DNA of 64,000 nucleotides. Origin: Eledone cirrhosa (taxonomy: Eukaryota). Below, piece after piece: positions 26,340-40,500 of the stretch. The stretch covers positions 168,206,001-168,270,000 of the forward strand of contig OZ024743.1 in the NCBI GenBank assembly GCA_964016885.1. The letters run 5' to 3'. The notes below the pieces were generated by a model. That model was not told the origin of the DNA, did not search any database, and saw only the letters and a list, made by a program, of their open reading frames with translations. The first letter of the stretch is position 1. Each line of letters opens with the position of its first letter. The position numbers and the translations under genes are program-made.

Positions 26340-27730
26340 TATCGGTCTGATCAGACGTACTTTTTCTCGCTCTCGTAAATCTCTTTATTTACCTGTCAAA
26401 ACTTACTTATTGTTAAATTTTCTTTATGTGTAAGGGGTATAAACCCTTGGAATTTGCCCTGTAAAGGGGAAAGTATAATATTTGAGCCTTTTGGCCCAAC
26501 TATTTGAACTTTTTACATTTTTTAAATTTATCGAAAAAAAAAAAAACATGGCTGGACCACGCCCCCCAGTGATATGTCTGCTGTCGTTTGACAACGACGT
26601 AAAAGTTTAGAGGAGGGTTACGGCGAACACAGAAATTGATACAACAAACATCACCAAAAACAACGTGAATAAAGACAGCAATGACAACAACACTGAGAAC
26701 ACTAATTTTGAAAACAATGACCACACTAACCACAGCAGTAACAGCGACAACCAAAATACAGACAACAGAAACAATGACAACAAATGCAACAACAATATTA
26801 ACACCACTAACATGAAAACAAATAGCGACAATATAATCTTAGACGCACGCCGGGACTGTGTGGGAGTATCCGATAGGAGAGGGGGTGCAAAAGCCTCAAG
26901 TACCTGATCAGCCATTTCCAACTGTCTGACAGGTACCGACTAGATTTCCCTAATGCGCGGGTGTGGACCTGGACCAACCACATAGTGTCATCTAGATCGT
27001 ATATAGACAGGATATTTATTAGGAAAATAGACAGAAATAGCGTAAGCTGCCACATTTTAAAACGGTCGCCTATTCAAATCACAAGTTTGTGATCTGTATG
27101 GTCGACCTAGATAAGAGGCGTAGGTTAAGACCTGGTTACTGGAAGCTGAACATGTCGTTTCCGGCACACAAAGCTTACAGGGACCGGGTCAATAATTTAG
27201 TTAAGAAAAAGTTGACAGAGGCTGTCGTCAACAATAGATGGTGTGTGTATGTGTGTGTCGGGGGGGGGGGGGGGGGGCAAAAGAGATATTAGAGTAACGT
27301 CGATAGGATTTAGCAAAGAAGTAGCATTAGAGAAAGATAGAAAGGAGGGGGATCTGGTAGATAAGTTAGACGAGGCTATTTGTAGTGGCATTGCAGCTGA
27401 TGTGCTAGCGGCGAGAATAGCATTAGATTATTTCTTCAAATCGAAACACGAAGGTTGCATTGTCAGAGCTAAGGCGCGTGCTCTGAGAAACGAGGTAACC
27501 AAAGCTGTTCGATGGGCCCGCGTGGCAGAGGCGCATCGTGGTAATAAAACCACAATTCGGTCTTTGACACACCGAGACGGACACGAGCTGAGCGATTCCA
27601 AGCGGATGTGTGAGGCCTTTCACCAACATTTTTCTCGGTTGTTCGGGGGAAGTGTCGGATCGGAGACGGTGGCGGACTTCAGTCCCTACCTCGATGGCTT
27701 GCCGCAACTCTCGACGGCCGACGCTGAGCT
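26340..27730 (+). mobile_element. L1/Tx1-like LINE 5' part (5'UTR/ORF1 start fused to APE end and linker), deleted
   Basis: ILDARRD, WTWTN..SRSYIDRIFI, PGYWKLN, KHEGCIVRAKARAL are homologous to 61390-62090. Confidence 0.8.
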
Positions 27731-28418
27731 CTCCCACCAATGCTTTTGATGGGTCAGGTCAAAATGCTTCCACATTACCCAATGTATGTATTGTGCAACT
27801 CTGTCGTGCCTGTTTAGGTATTCAGTTGGAGCTATAGGACTGCACATTGAAATTATGTGATCAATGGTGTCTCGTTTTTTTTTACATATACGGCATAGTG
27901 GGTTGCATCCATTTTTTATTATGTTGGCTTGATAATCTTTTGTTGGCAGACACTGATCTTGTGCTGATATAATCAGCCATTCAGTCTCCGATTTCAGCCC
28001 AGAGGATGCGAACCACTGATGGGTTAAAGTTTTGTCAACATCAGGATTATTAGCTCTTTCTGGGTATTTTCCATACAGAGTCTTTTCTGGCCATTTCTTA
28101 GCCAGTTCTTTCTTTGCAGTTACTTTTACCTGCTTTGCTTTTTCTGTATTTTTCAATTCAGCAGTAAAGGGAACTTCTGACATTTGTAGTTCAATACTGT
28201 ATCTTTGTGCATCTTTTGTAATGGAGTATGATCTGTTGATGCTTCCATGTTTCTAAACGAGTTTGATCAGCCAATCATGTATTTCCTTTAGATATGTAGA
28301 TAATCCAATTGTTGCAGTTTTCAAAGCAATATCTAACTGGATTAATCCACGTCCTCCTTCTTTCCTATGAAGACATACTCAATCTGTATCTGCCTTAGGG
28401 TGATGAATTCTGTGCATT
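27731..28418 (-). mobile_element. R4/Dong-like family A internal fragment
   Basis: Aligns to 18211-18910 (LYGKYPERANNPDVDK, CRIC..HIISMC). Confidence 0.9.
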
Positions 28419-28423
28419 ATTAG

Positions 28424-28820
28424 TGAATTGGCAGTATCGGTAGAGGGTCGGACGCCATGCCTTCCAGCATAGTTACGTACCTTTATGTTTTGAGTTCAAA
28501 TCCCGCCAATGTTAACTTTGCCTTTCCTCCTTACGGGGTCGATAAAATAAAGTACCAGTAATGCACTGGCCTTCTGCTAAAAGTAGAAATAATAATAATT
28601 ATTATTAGTGGCAGGAGCTTTAGCGTGTCGGATGAAATGCTTTGCATTATTTTGTTACAAGGTCGGACGTAAAGCTTTGCAGCATAGCATTATGGCCCTT
28701 TACGTTCTGAGTTAAAATCCCGCCGAGGTTAACTTTGCCTTTTATCCTTCCGGACTCGATAAAATAAAGTACCAGTAATGCACTGAGATAATCTCGCCTT
28801 GTGACTCAATTAGTAACCAT
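28424..28820 (+). mobile_element. Two adjacent S1-type SINE copies
   Basis: S1 sequence at ~28424-28595 and ~28660-28820. Confidence 0.8.
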
Positions 28821-29361
28821 TATTTTGCTACTGACCTGTACGTTATAGATTCAAACTCCATCTTGGCCAATAAAAATTAGCCTTTTGTCTAAATCAATAT
28901 TATGATTATTATTTTTAATTGATTGGGCTAGAGTACAGGATTAAGTTCATCAATTCCCCCATGAGCCCCAACTATTACTCTGTGTTTTTATAAATTAATG
29001 CCTGAATTCAGTGAAAAAAAAAATATATATTTATATCTCATATATCTCAGAGAAATGACAATGGCTCACTCAATTAAATTACCTATACTCTATTATTTAT
29101 ATTTCAGCCGCTTATAGCTTACATCAGACCCAAATCTGGACTCCCCTCTAGCTACGCTACAGATTCACCGAATTTTCGCACTGGCTTAGACACCAATTGC
29201 CCCAAAGCACACACACACATGTATGTATATGTCTCTCTGTCTGTATGTATCTATGTATCTATATATATATATATAATCCAAATTTAGACGGGATCAAAAC
29301 AGAGAGGCAGACAAATAAAGGTCTATTAGGTTCACGCTCTTGAGAGTGATATATGTATATA

Positions 29362-29456
<95 letters not shown>

Positions 29457-29458
<2 letters not shown>

Positions 29459-29640
29459 CGAAGGAAATGTGGTAAGGAACCAGGTGGACCATAACGTACT
29501 CAATACTTAGGGTAGTAGAGTGGGTAATAGGAACCAGTAAGATTCCGACGCCTGAGCTCAAGCCGTTTCGACGGCTAATTCTAGTCCAGAATTAGCCGTC
29601 GAAACGGCTTGAGCTCAGCCGTCGGGGTCTTACTGGTTCA
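29457..29640. repeat. Short fold-back pLTR-like fragment between (TA)n tracts
   Basis: GAACCAGTAAG..GGCTAATTC (29531-29581) is inverted at 29589-29639; same family as 14421-14573; carries only the GAAA half of a hammerhead-like motif. Confidence 0.75.
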
Positions 29641-29641
29641 G

Positions 29642-29673
<32 letters not shown>

Positions 29674-29706
29674 GTATAAATATATATATATGTATATATA
29701 TACATA

Positions 29707-29769
<63 letters not shown>

Positions 29770-29931
29770 AGAATTTCATGTGATATTTGTTGTGCTAACG
29801 CTCGTCTGAGGATCAGGTAGACTTGGAGTCTGGTCTGGGGTGCCAACTTATCTCACGAGCCGGCTGCTTGAGTAACATTTGTAACCAGGATTGAGCAATA
29901 GATCTCGTATGTAACACCTCGACTTTGTTCT

Positions 29932-29970
<39 letters not shown>

Positions 29971-30031
29971 AAAACAAGATGGCGCAGGACAGAACAGAGG
30001 AGAGGCACAAAAACAAAGAAAAGAATCCCCA

Positions 30032-30074
30032 GTCACTGAAGAGGTCACAGAATGTGTGACGAAAGAACTTTTAC
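30032..30074 (+). ncRNA. Minimal hammerhead motif (family H, element 29968-30283)
   Basis: GTCA-CTGAAGA-G-GTCACA(gaatg)TGTGAC-GAAA-GAAC-TT-TTAC. Confidence 0.7.
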
Positions 30075-30280
30075 AATATATAAACAATCATCTGGTTGTG
30101 GAACCAACCAACCAAGCGGAAATTTATAAATTCCTAAATTTATAAATTTATTATAATAAATTGAAGTGAAAGCAACTGGTGTTTGTGTGTCTTATTGGCA
30201 ACATGACCCTCCCAAAGTATAACAATATCGGTTTCAACACACGTTTTCAGATAAAGAATCTTGCTAAACAAATTCAGAAA

Positions 30281-30344
<64 letters not shown>

Positions 30345-30369
30345 ATGTATATATATATATATATATGTG

Positions 30370-30419
<50 letters not shown>

Positions 30420-30548
30420 TGTAAACCCGTAAAGCAAATATTTATCATTAGTACAGATTAAAAGTTTAAACAAAAAACTTCTGCTTACACCCTAAGCGGG
30501 GTCTTCTGAAACTGAGAAAAATCAATCTGTTGACAGAGGCGTAAATAT

Positions 30549-30655
30549 TTGTTTCTACTTTAGGCACAAGGCCAGCAATTACCCAGTGCCTTACTGGTAC
30601 TTTATTTTATCGACCCCGTAAGGATGAAAGGCAAAGTCAACCTCGGCGGGATTTG
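30549..30655 (-). mobile_element. 5'-truncated SINE S1
   Basis: Flanked by the TSD TGAC(A/G)GAGGCGTAAATATT. Confidence 0.85.
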
Positions 30656-31773
30656 ACGGAGGCGTAAATATTATTAAAAAATTACGTTCAAATATTGCGT
30701 TTAGAAAACAGGAAGACAGTACGTGAGGACGTTTTTTTTTTAAATGAGCGAAATGTATGCATGGCGGAATTACGTCATTATGTGGAGCGAGAAGAACAAA
30801 TTCTTTCTATGGAAAAATCATATTTTTCCTATGAAAAAATCAGGAAACTAATATTATATTTAGAATAACCGAATACTTTCCAGCTACCATATATGGAATA
30901 TGATATTAGTAGTAGTAAAATGATTAAATCTAAAATATTGAAGGCATTAATTAAAGTAAAAATAATCGTTTCGGATTGAGGTTTATAAATAAGCATGTGC
31001 TGATATACATATAGCGAAAGACAACGGGGAGAAAGTGAGAACTGATAAATCGATAGATACATAGATAGATATTTCGAGATTGTACCCTTACAATTGTACC
31101 CTTGTATTTTTCGTGTCAAAAAGGTAGGTGGATGGGTGGTGGCATGAAGTTGGTTATTTACTTTACTAAACTCTTTCCTATTAGAAATAATTTTATTTAC
31201 GTTTTCTTTTTCAAAACATCAATGCCGATATTTGAAACCGTTTACTGGAGAAAGTGACAAATGACAAATACAAATAAAACAATGATATATAATAAAAATC
31301 CAATAAAACTATTTTAATATATTTTCGTAATTACCATAAATCAAAAACAAAAATATAATACTAAAATATAAAAGATACGAAACTAAGAAAAGCATCAAAT
31401 TACATGAAATAAAAATAAAATAAGAAAATAAAAAAAAGATGCAAAACTAAGTAACGCATCTACCATTAATAACAAATGAAGAAGTAAGCCACCTTGCAGT
31501 GACCTTCATCAAACTATTGATCTGTCCTTGTTTTCAAAGCAAACGGTCATGTCCTTGCTTCACCTTATGCGACTGAAATTATCATAGTTGATGAAGGCAG
31601 TAATAGTAGTAGTTATAGAAGTAGTGGTAATAGTAATGGTGTTGCTGGTGCTGGTGGAAGTTATGATTAGTTAATCGCTTCATTTGTTTAGTTTGATTTG
31701 TTTTTATTGTTGTTGGTCGAGTAGTGATCAGATTGTTACTTTTATTTGGTCGTTGCTGCTGTTCTTAGTTTTG

Positions 31774-31808
<35 letters not shown>

Positions 31809-31840
31809 CTATTAATATTATCTTATTCACCTCTCTCTCC

Positions 31841-31882
<42 letters not shown>

Positions 31883-31915
31883 CTCTCGCTCTCTCTCTCT
31901 CGCTCTCTCTCTCTC

Positions 31916-32012
<97 letters not shown>

Positions 32013-32694
32013 CTGTGTGTGTGTTCATTGTTTTCTATTTCATCTTATTATCACTGAATACACACACGCGCGCACATATCTCTATTTTATTTGTTTCACT
32101 CAATGGACTATTGCTAAAGACCCACTGTCATGGCTTTAATCAATCACATCGACCCTAATATTTATTTTAGTTTGGTATTTATTATATCGATCTTTAATTG
32201 TAGAACTATCAAGTCACCGGGCAGAAAGGGACACAATATTCACACACACATATATACATACATATATACATGCATACATGCATAGATACATATATACGTA
32301 CATACATACGTACATACATACGTACATACATACATACATACTAGGGCATCCGCAGAGTTTCAATCAACAAAAATTTCATTCACGAATCATTCGTTAATGG
32401 TGCCCCGACTTGGCAACGAACTCGGAATTTTGCCTACGCACACACACATCCACAAATACATACATACATACATACATACATACATACATACATACATACA
32501 TACATACATACATACATACACACCTACGTGTGCCTGTGTGTGTTTAATTGTTGACGTGATTGTGAGTGTGTTTGAGTTTATACATATATTTAGCTAACAT
32601 TCATATACAGTTACATGGGCATCCTTTTGGGAGTTCTTCATTTCTACCTCTGATTCAATATATGTCTACCATCTATCTGTCTACCTATCTATCT

Positions 32695-33106
32695 CTCCGG
32701 ACAACACCTTATCCCCTTCTTTAAGTACCACTTCAGACAGAAGGTGAGAGTGGAGAGAGAGGTGCTGCACCCCAGTAAATTCGCTGAAAGGTGGGTGAAT
32801 GAGGCGAAAATGGCCCGAGTGAATGAGCCATCTCTGTATATAAACCTGTAGGTTGAGGAAGATAAACAGAGGGAAGACAGGAACACCTACAAAACGTGTT
32901 CCTGGTGTTGAGGGTTGTTCTAACCACGGGGTGTAAAACAACCCTGCAGTAACGCCCCCCCCTCCCTACTGGGGATTTCAATTGTTATTTTATTATACAT
33001 AGTTTATTGTTATTTATTAATGTTAAAGTTATTTTTATGTTAAACCCCCGCCGTCACGTCTTGTAATGTCCCATTTTTGTACGCCCCTGTGGCAAATAAA
33101 GAAAGA
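32695..33106 (+). mobile_element. L1/Tx1-like LINE 3' end in (ATCT)n
   Basis: FFKYHFRQKVRVEREVLHPSKFAERWV; ends AATAAAGAAAG-ATATCTATCT. Confidence 0.85.
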
Positions 33107-33629
33107 TATCTATCTGTTTACCTGTCTACCTATCGTATCTGTCGATCTATCTGTCTGTCTACCTGTCTACCTGTCTACCTGTCTATCTACCTCTCCGTCT
33201 ATCCACCTCTCTGACTATGTCTACCTGTCTAGTTATGTTTATGTCCACCTGTTTGCCTGCCTGTATATCTGTCTACCTGTCTATCTCTTTTTACCCGTCT
33301 TTCTGTCTACTTGTCTATCTGTGTCTGTCTGTCTACCTGCCGGAATGTATATCTGCTGATTACCTGGCTCTCTGTCTATCTGTCTGCCTGTCTGTCTATC
33401 TACCTGTCTGTCTATCTACCTGTATATCTGTCTACCCGTCTATCTCTTTGCTAGTCTCTCTGTCTGTATGTCTTTATGTTTGTATGTCCGTATGTTTACC
33501 TGCCCCTTTCTCACTTTCTCTTAAAATATTTAACATCTCTCTCCTACTTGGCTGTATTTCAATCACTTCATTTCTTAATCCCTTTATCCCATCTCTCTCT
33601 CCTACTCTCTTTCCCTCTCTCTCACTCTA

Positions 33630-33696
<67 letters not shown>

Positions 33697-35037
33697 GTAT
33701 CTCTATCTCAGACATAAAAGATACTCACACACTCTCATACGCATGTATACACACACAAATTCACACCTAAAGATAACACAATATATAAATATACGTACAC
33801 ACACTTGTATACACATACATGTACACACACACACATATGTACACACAAAAACATGAAAATACACACACTTCATAAACATATAGGCACACATAAATTTATA
33901 GCTAAACATGCTACATAAACATATGCACACACACTCATACACATGTACGCACACATGAATTCACAGCTAATCACAACACCATATATACACATAAGCAGCA
34001 AGACTAATACGGAAAGAAAACCTTCACCTGTCCATTAATCAATATACAGCTTTTCACAGTCCTCATGAACACCTCTCATGACACTCCCCACCCAACACTT
34101 TTCTTGTTTTGCCCTCCCTCTATCTGTCATTATCAGACACTCTTTCTTTCTCCCTCACTCTCTTTGTTTTTGCTTTTTCGCCCTCTCTTTTTTTTTCTTC
34201 TATTTCTGATGCATCCCACGCATTAGAATTACTGCAATACAGCTGCAACAAACGACCACCATTACTACTACCACCACCACTACTACTACCAGCACTAACA
34301 ACAACAGCACCACAGCCTTCAACACCAACGGTAGTAGCAGCACCACCACCATCACCATTAACACAACCCCCACCAACAACAACATGGCTGCCACCATAAA
34401 CACCATCAGCATCAACAACAGTAGCACCATCACCAACCACCATCAACATTCGACCACCAACTACAATACGGCCACTACAATCAACACCAACAGCTCGACC
34501 ACCACCGCCACCACCGCCACCTTTATCACCATAATTACCATCATACGATCACCTTTGTTATTTGCCTTCTCCTCATCGCTGACATACCATAATTACCATT
34601 ACCCATTAACTATGTTAGCTGCTGCGCCGCCGCCACCACCACCCTAGCACAGTAACCACCATCATCACTATCAATACTACAGCTAGCGCTAGCACAAGCT
34701 CTGTTATGATCATCATTGATATCAGATTGTTACCATTATCCCCACCACCTTCATTACTACCACCCCCATTAGCACGACAACCCTTACTACCACCACCAGC
34801 TCTGTTTCCATCACTACAACCACCACCACCCCATCACTACCAACCCCACTATCATCATCAGCTCTGTTACCACCACCACCATCCCCAGTATTATAATTAC
34901 CTCAGCCTATGTTCCCCCGCGCGTGTCAACACCATCATCACCACCACGTTTACCATTGTCATTGCTACCACTACCACCGCTATCCTCACCAGCTGTCTTA
35001 CCATCACTACCACCATCACCATGTTTACCTCTCTCAT

Positions 35038-35109
<72 letters not shown>

Positions 35110-35130
35110 CACTGCTGCTGATGCTACAAC
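33107..35130. repeat. Low-complexity block: degenerate (TCTG/TCTA)n, (CA)n, (CAC/CTA)n
   Basis: Direct reading. Confidence 0.9.
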
Positions 35131-35567
35131 TACTTCGATAGTTACTTTTCCTCATCTATATTGTTTTTTTTTTCAATGTTTAATGATTTATGTGCGAGTT
35201 GAGTAAATTATCTGTTATAATCATAGAGAAGTAAAATAAATGTTTATTCTCAATGCATGTGTTTCACTAACAAAGTTGACTTAAAAACCATTCATAATTA
35301 CATAAATATGAAAAAGATAGATAAAAACAAAATTAAGTAATGAGAAAAGGGGGAAGGGGTAAGGAAGGGCATGTCTGGCTGTATGGGAAAGTAGAGGAAA
35401 GGACTATAAATGCCATAAATGAGAGGAAAAGGAAGGAGAAACTAAGGATTCTTGGGTCTTAGAAGAAAAAAAGGGGAAAGGGGAGAGGGTGGTGGGCTCT
35501 GGGCCTAATGCGAGGCAGTGTTTCGGCTGTGCCCCACGGACAAAACTGTAAAGGCATCTCCGCTAAT

Positions 35568-35946
35568 AATTGTTTCTACTTTTGGTACAAGGTCAGCAAA
35601 TACCCACTGCATTACTGGTACTTTATTTTATCTACCCCGTAAAGATGAAAGGCAAAGTTAACCTTGGCGGGATTTGAACTCAGACCGTAAAGGGATATAA
35701 CTATGCTAGAAAGCATGGCGTCCGACCTTCTACCGATACTGCCAATCCCCCGCTCTCATCTCCGCTAACAATTGTTTCTACTTTTGACACAAGGCCAGCA
35801 ATTACCCAGTGCATTACTGGTACTTTATTTTATCGACCCCGTAAGGATGAAAGGCTAAGTTAACCTCGGCGGGATTTGAACTCAGAATGACAAGGGCCGT
35901 AACTCTATGCGTCAAAGCATGGCGTCCGACCCTCTACTGATACTGC
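35568..35946 (-). mobile_element. Two tandem S1 SINEs
   Basis: Copies at ~35568-35752 and ~35770-35946; CATCTCCGCTAA flanks the first. Confidence 0.9.
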
Positions 35947-36754
35947 CGGCCAGCAACACTCGCTGCAATAGCCACCACACCTCGTGGGGGTCCTTTTTCA
36001 GACGGGCTGCTGACATTTGATATTCAGAAACACTAACTTGTCTCTATTTCAATACATATTGATCACTGTTAGTGTTGTCGTCTGAAGATGAAAGTTATGT
36101 TGAGGAGATACAATACAACCTAAACAAGCCCATTGCTTTGACTATTTGGCTATAAACCTTTTAGTACCAAGCTCTCTTAAATCGGCCTTGCTTCTATGAT
36201 AGATGACAGTTTTAGGCTGTTATGTTTAGCTAAAAATCATCGATCATAATTTTACGTAAGAACCTTTTTTAATTATTAACCAGCATCAAATTAATAAGGA
36301 GACATTTCTTTATATTACTAAATCCCTCCAAATTCTTGATTATTTTGAAAATAATTTGTAAATCATAATAGCCGTGTCTTCATTGAAAATATAGTAACAA
36401 AGGGCTGAAGGATCTGATCCATTCCAAATCTCCCACCACCATCAATGATAACACTACTACCACCATCAGTAAATCAGCAAATCCTCACTTCTATTTCGTT
36501 TACTCCCAACATCATCATCCCCATTCCTCCATCCCACCACTCATGTGGTTTGCTCCAATAGTTTATGCAAACGTCAAAGCTAACGTCATCTCATTGAATA
36601 ATCTTCTTAAGGAGTTCCATCTACGTTTCTTTACTTTTTTCTTTGGTTTTTTATTTACATTACTCTCCCCAAAACGGATTATCCCACTTAATGTTTGGCA
36701 GACTTCAACTAGAGACCATCTAGTCATTTCCTGCACACTCATATTATTATTAGA

Positions 36755-37485
36755 ATAAATTAAGAGAATACGAAGCGGTGACAGGAGCAATGATCAACCA
36801 GGAAAAGTCGGTGGGCCTGCAGCTCGGCACCTGGAGAGGCAGGTCCATGCCGTCCAACGGCATCGTCGGGCGCTGGACGGACGGACCAGTTAAATTGTTA
36901 GGGGTCTGATTCGGTCCGGACCTCCAGACGGACAAAAACTGGGACGAGGTGACGAGCAGGGTGGCCTCTCTCACCCAGAAATGGGCGGAGAAGAAGCTAT
37001 CCCTGAAAGGTCGAGCGGAGGTGGCAAACGCGTACATCGCGTCCGTCATCTACTACCGCCTGACCGTCGTACCTTGTCCTAAGCCCCGCCTGACTGCGCT
37101 GGAGCGTTTGCTCTTTCGCTTTTTGTGGAAGGGACACGCTCCGATGGTCAGGCGGTCCATCTGCTGTCAACACCCGCTACGTGGACACGCGCTCAGGCTA
37201 CGACATCTCCACCTCTTCCACAATGGTGATCAGGTGTGGTCGCCGTTTGCTAGACACGTCTTTCCCCAGCTCGTCTCCTTGACGAAGCTGCAGTCCTAGG
37301 TCAAGCAAAGACCTAGAGGGAGCGCTTGGAGACTGGAATGTCTTCAGGCGCTCACAGCCCTCAACCAATCGGGCAATGTGATCGGTGGAAACTCCACCTT
37401 GGCGTTCTATAGAGGATTAGTGGAGGGGAAGAGCGACGACGTACTTGGAGAAACTCTAGGCGTCGACGAAAATGAACTGGAGGGG
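36755..37485 (+). mobile_element. L1/Tx1-like ORF2 internal fragment (post-RT)
   Basis: YEAVTGAMINQEKSVGL, LSLKGRAEVANAYIASVIYY; homologous to 62865-63620. Confidence 0.9.
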
Positions 37486-37588
37486 TGAAGAAATATTTAA
37501 TTGGTGGCTGCCACAATTCCCTTTATTCATCGATGTATGTATGTATGTATGTATGTATGTATGTATGTATGTATGTATGTATGTATGT

Positions 37589-40500
37589 TATCTCTTTCTC
37601 TTAATTTCGAGTATATTTTTTTGACCGGCCACCTTCCTGTGGCAAGGTTGTAAAAGAAAAGAAATTGTCATCCCTTGAATCGCAAGAATGTTTTGCAAAT
37701 TTTGAAGGTGCCAGCTATCGCAGCCATTTCTAGACTATGAATTAGGGAGCTCCGCTCTTTGTCCGCAAATCCAAGTTCGGTCATACTTTGGTCCAAGCGG
37801 GTTGGTATATAACCCGTAGCTCCAATAATGATGGGTATGAAGCTAAAGGTGTATCTTGGATACTGGATTTGCAAACTCCTCATCAATGGTCCGTAGATGT
37901 CCTCCTTCTCCTGTATTTTTCTGACAACGTTTACATCAAGTGGGCAGCTGAACTCCACAACAGAACACGTTTTCAATATGTGGTCCCAAACAACAATATC
38001 AAGCCGGTTGTGCTTTAATTTGGTGGCAGTTTTTATTTTCAGGTTCCACCAGTATTCCTTAGTGCCATCTGTCTCAATATATTCTTCCTCGTTTGTTGTT
38101 AATTTTGTTTTCCGAAGTGCGTTCCAGATGGTTCTAGCTATCCCATCGTGTGTCATGGGGAGGTAGTAGCGAGATGACATTCTTTCGCAGCTGGCAACAA
38201 TGTGGCTTACATCCTCGATCTTTGTTTTACATAGCCTACATTTATTGCCAGCTGATGTCCCTCCCCTTTTGTGCAGCAGATATTTGGTAGGGAGTTCTTG
38301 TTCCTGTATTGCATAGAGATATCCCTCAAGGTGTGATGTCATAAACTTGTCGAAACTCCATGCCAGGCTTTTTGAGTGGTTTATCCCTTCAATGGTCTGT
38401 GTTTTACGTCTCAAGTATCCATGCACAACTTGTTCTGTAAATTGCTCAATTTTTTCATCTTGTTTGAACATTGAATAGGATCTTCCGATTTCTCTGGGTG
38501 ATAGATTTATATCAGGCTTTATTCAATATCTCTCCTCCAGATCAGTGGCTATTCTAATGATATATTTTTGTTCATGCTCATAAACCTGGGCAAGATGGTT
38601 GGCAACCTTTTTCCTCTGTTGAAGGTGTTGCTTCAGTGTTACTATCCGGGTCTCATATGATGTTAATATGGATTTTAGACCCCGGCCACCTTCCTTGCGT
38701 GAGTAGTATAGCCTATCCACATCACCATTGATGTTAATGTTCCCAGTAACACTGAGAAGTTTGCGAGTTCTAACATTCATCTCACTTAGTTCTTGCAATG
38801 ACCAGTTCAGCAGGCCAAATGTTGGGGTTAGAATTGGCACAGCATAAGTATTGTGGGCAATGTATTTGTTTTACGCTGACAGTTCTGATGACCATATTTT
38901 CTTTACTCTTCTGAGGTATTCAGTTCTGGTTCTCTCCTTATTTATGGGTCCATCATATCTGACATTCTCATCCTGACCAAGATATCTGTAGTTGTCACCT
39001 GACTGTAGAGATTGTATTGTCAGGCCGTTCATCTCTAGATTTCTAGAGGAGGGCACAGCTCTTCCACGTTTTACTGCCAAATATGCACACTTGGACTCAC
39101 CAAATTTCATTTTGATGTCTGTTGAAAATTGTGTAATGACGTCCAATTGTTTCTTGATGTCATTGATATTTGGCCCATACAACTTCGGGTCATCAACAAA
39201 GAAAAGATGGGAGATCTTCTGGACCCACTTCTTTGTCCACCTTGTTTCCTGAGTAGGTAAAATAGTGGATTTAGTGAGAGAACGAAGAGTAGCACTGACA
39301 AGCTATCACCCTGAAAGATGCCCTTCTGGTAATGTATCCTATCAGTCTTAACTTGCTCCTTCTCACCTCTAAGGATCAAATTGGTGTACCAGTTCTTGGT
39401 CAGACGTTCAACAGCAGCTACCAGTGGTTGTGGGACTTTGGCTAACTGTAAAGCCTTAACAATCCACCCATGAGGTACACTATCAAATGCATTTGGATCG
39501 TCCAGCCACACCACAGTCATGTTTCTACGATTCTTTGTTGTTTTTTCTTGAATAATTTTATCAGTTAGTAAGTGATCTATGCAACCCCACACCTCCCTCT
39601 TTCCACCAGCTTGCTCAGGTGTTATGATGCTGTTGGTAGCACAGTGATCCTGTAAGAACAGGTTAAGGCACCCAGTATATAATTTATACATGATGTTTTG
39701 GCAGGCTATTGGGCGGTAATTTTTAGCAAGGGTGGTTTGGCTATTTTGGGGAATGAGGAGAGTAGTGGCAGTTGATAACCATCTGGGCAGTTCTTGTGTG
39801 GCTTTAATGGTTTCTGTAAACAGCCGTATGAGATCTTGCCGATAGAAAGTGAAATTCTTCAACCAGTATCCTGTAATGAGGTCTGGGCCTGGTGATTTCC
39901 TATTCGACATTTTCTGTAGAGCTGTTTCCAGTATTGACCTATCTATGTCATATTGTTTTGTCTGGACATGTTGGCAGTAGTCCTGTTCCAGTTCTTTTAG
40001 CCAATTAGTTTGTCTGTTGAAGCTGCGATAAACTGATTTAGGATCTCTGGCAAACAATCTATTTAGCACTTGTCGTTTATGTGCTGTTGACTTATATTTT
40101 AGTCTTTCTGTTGTAGCTGTGAGTCGTTGTTTCAACTGGTGTAATTTGGAGTTCAAAGTTTTAAATTTTGTATCTCCAAATCGTCTCTCTAACTTTTTTT
40201 TAGGTCTTCCTGGTGTCGTGTGAAGTTGCTCTCTATGTTGCATTTCATAACGACTGCGATGTGTGAGATACTTCGTCTCAGGGACAACATTTTGCTTTTT
40301 AAATTTCGCATCAACGCTGGTTCAGGCTTTTTGTTTGTATCTTGATTGCGTGGTTTTAGATGTGTGTTATATGATAGCAATGTGACAGCTGAAACATATA
40401 ACAAAATAATAAGCGTTTCAAATGTCGTTTCTACACCTTTAAATCGTATAGCCTTCAGATAATTGCCAGCTATTTCGTTCACCGCTTCCAATTCCAATTT

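Noticed and set aside
34109-35206. Pro/Thr/His-rich mucin- or extensin-like ORFs
   Set aside because: Cryptic (CAC/CTA)n simple sequence open in several frames on both strands.
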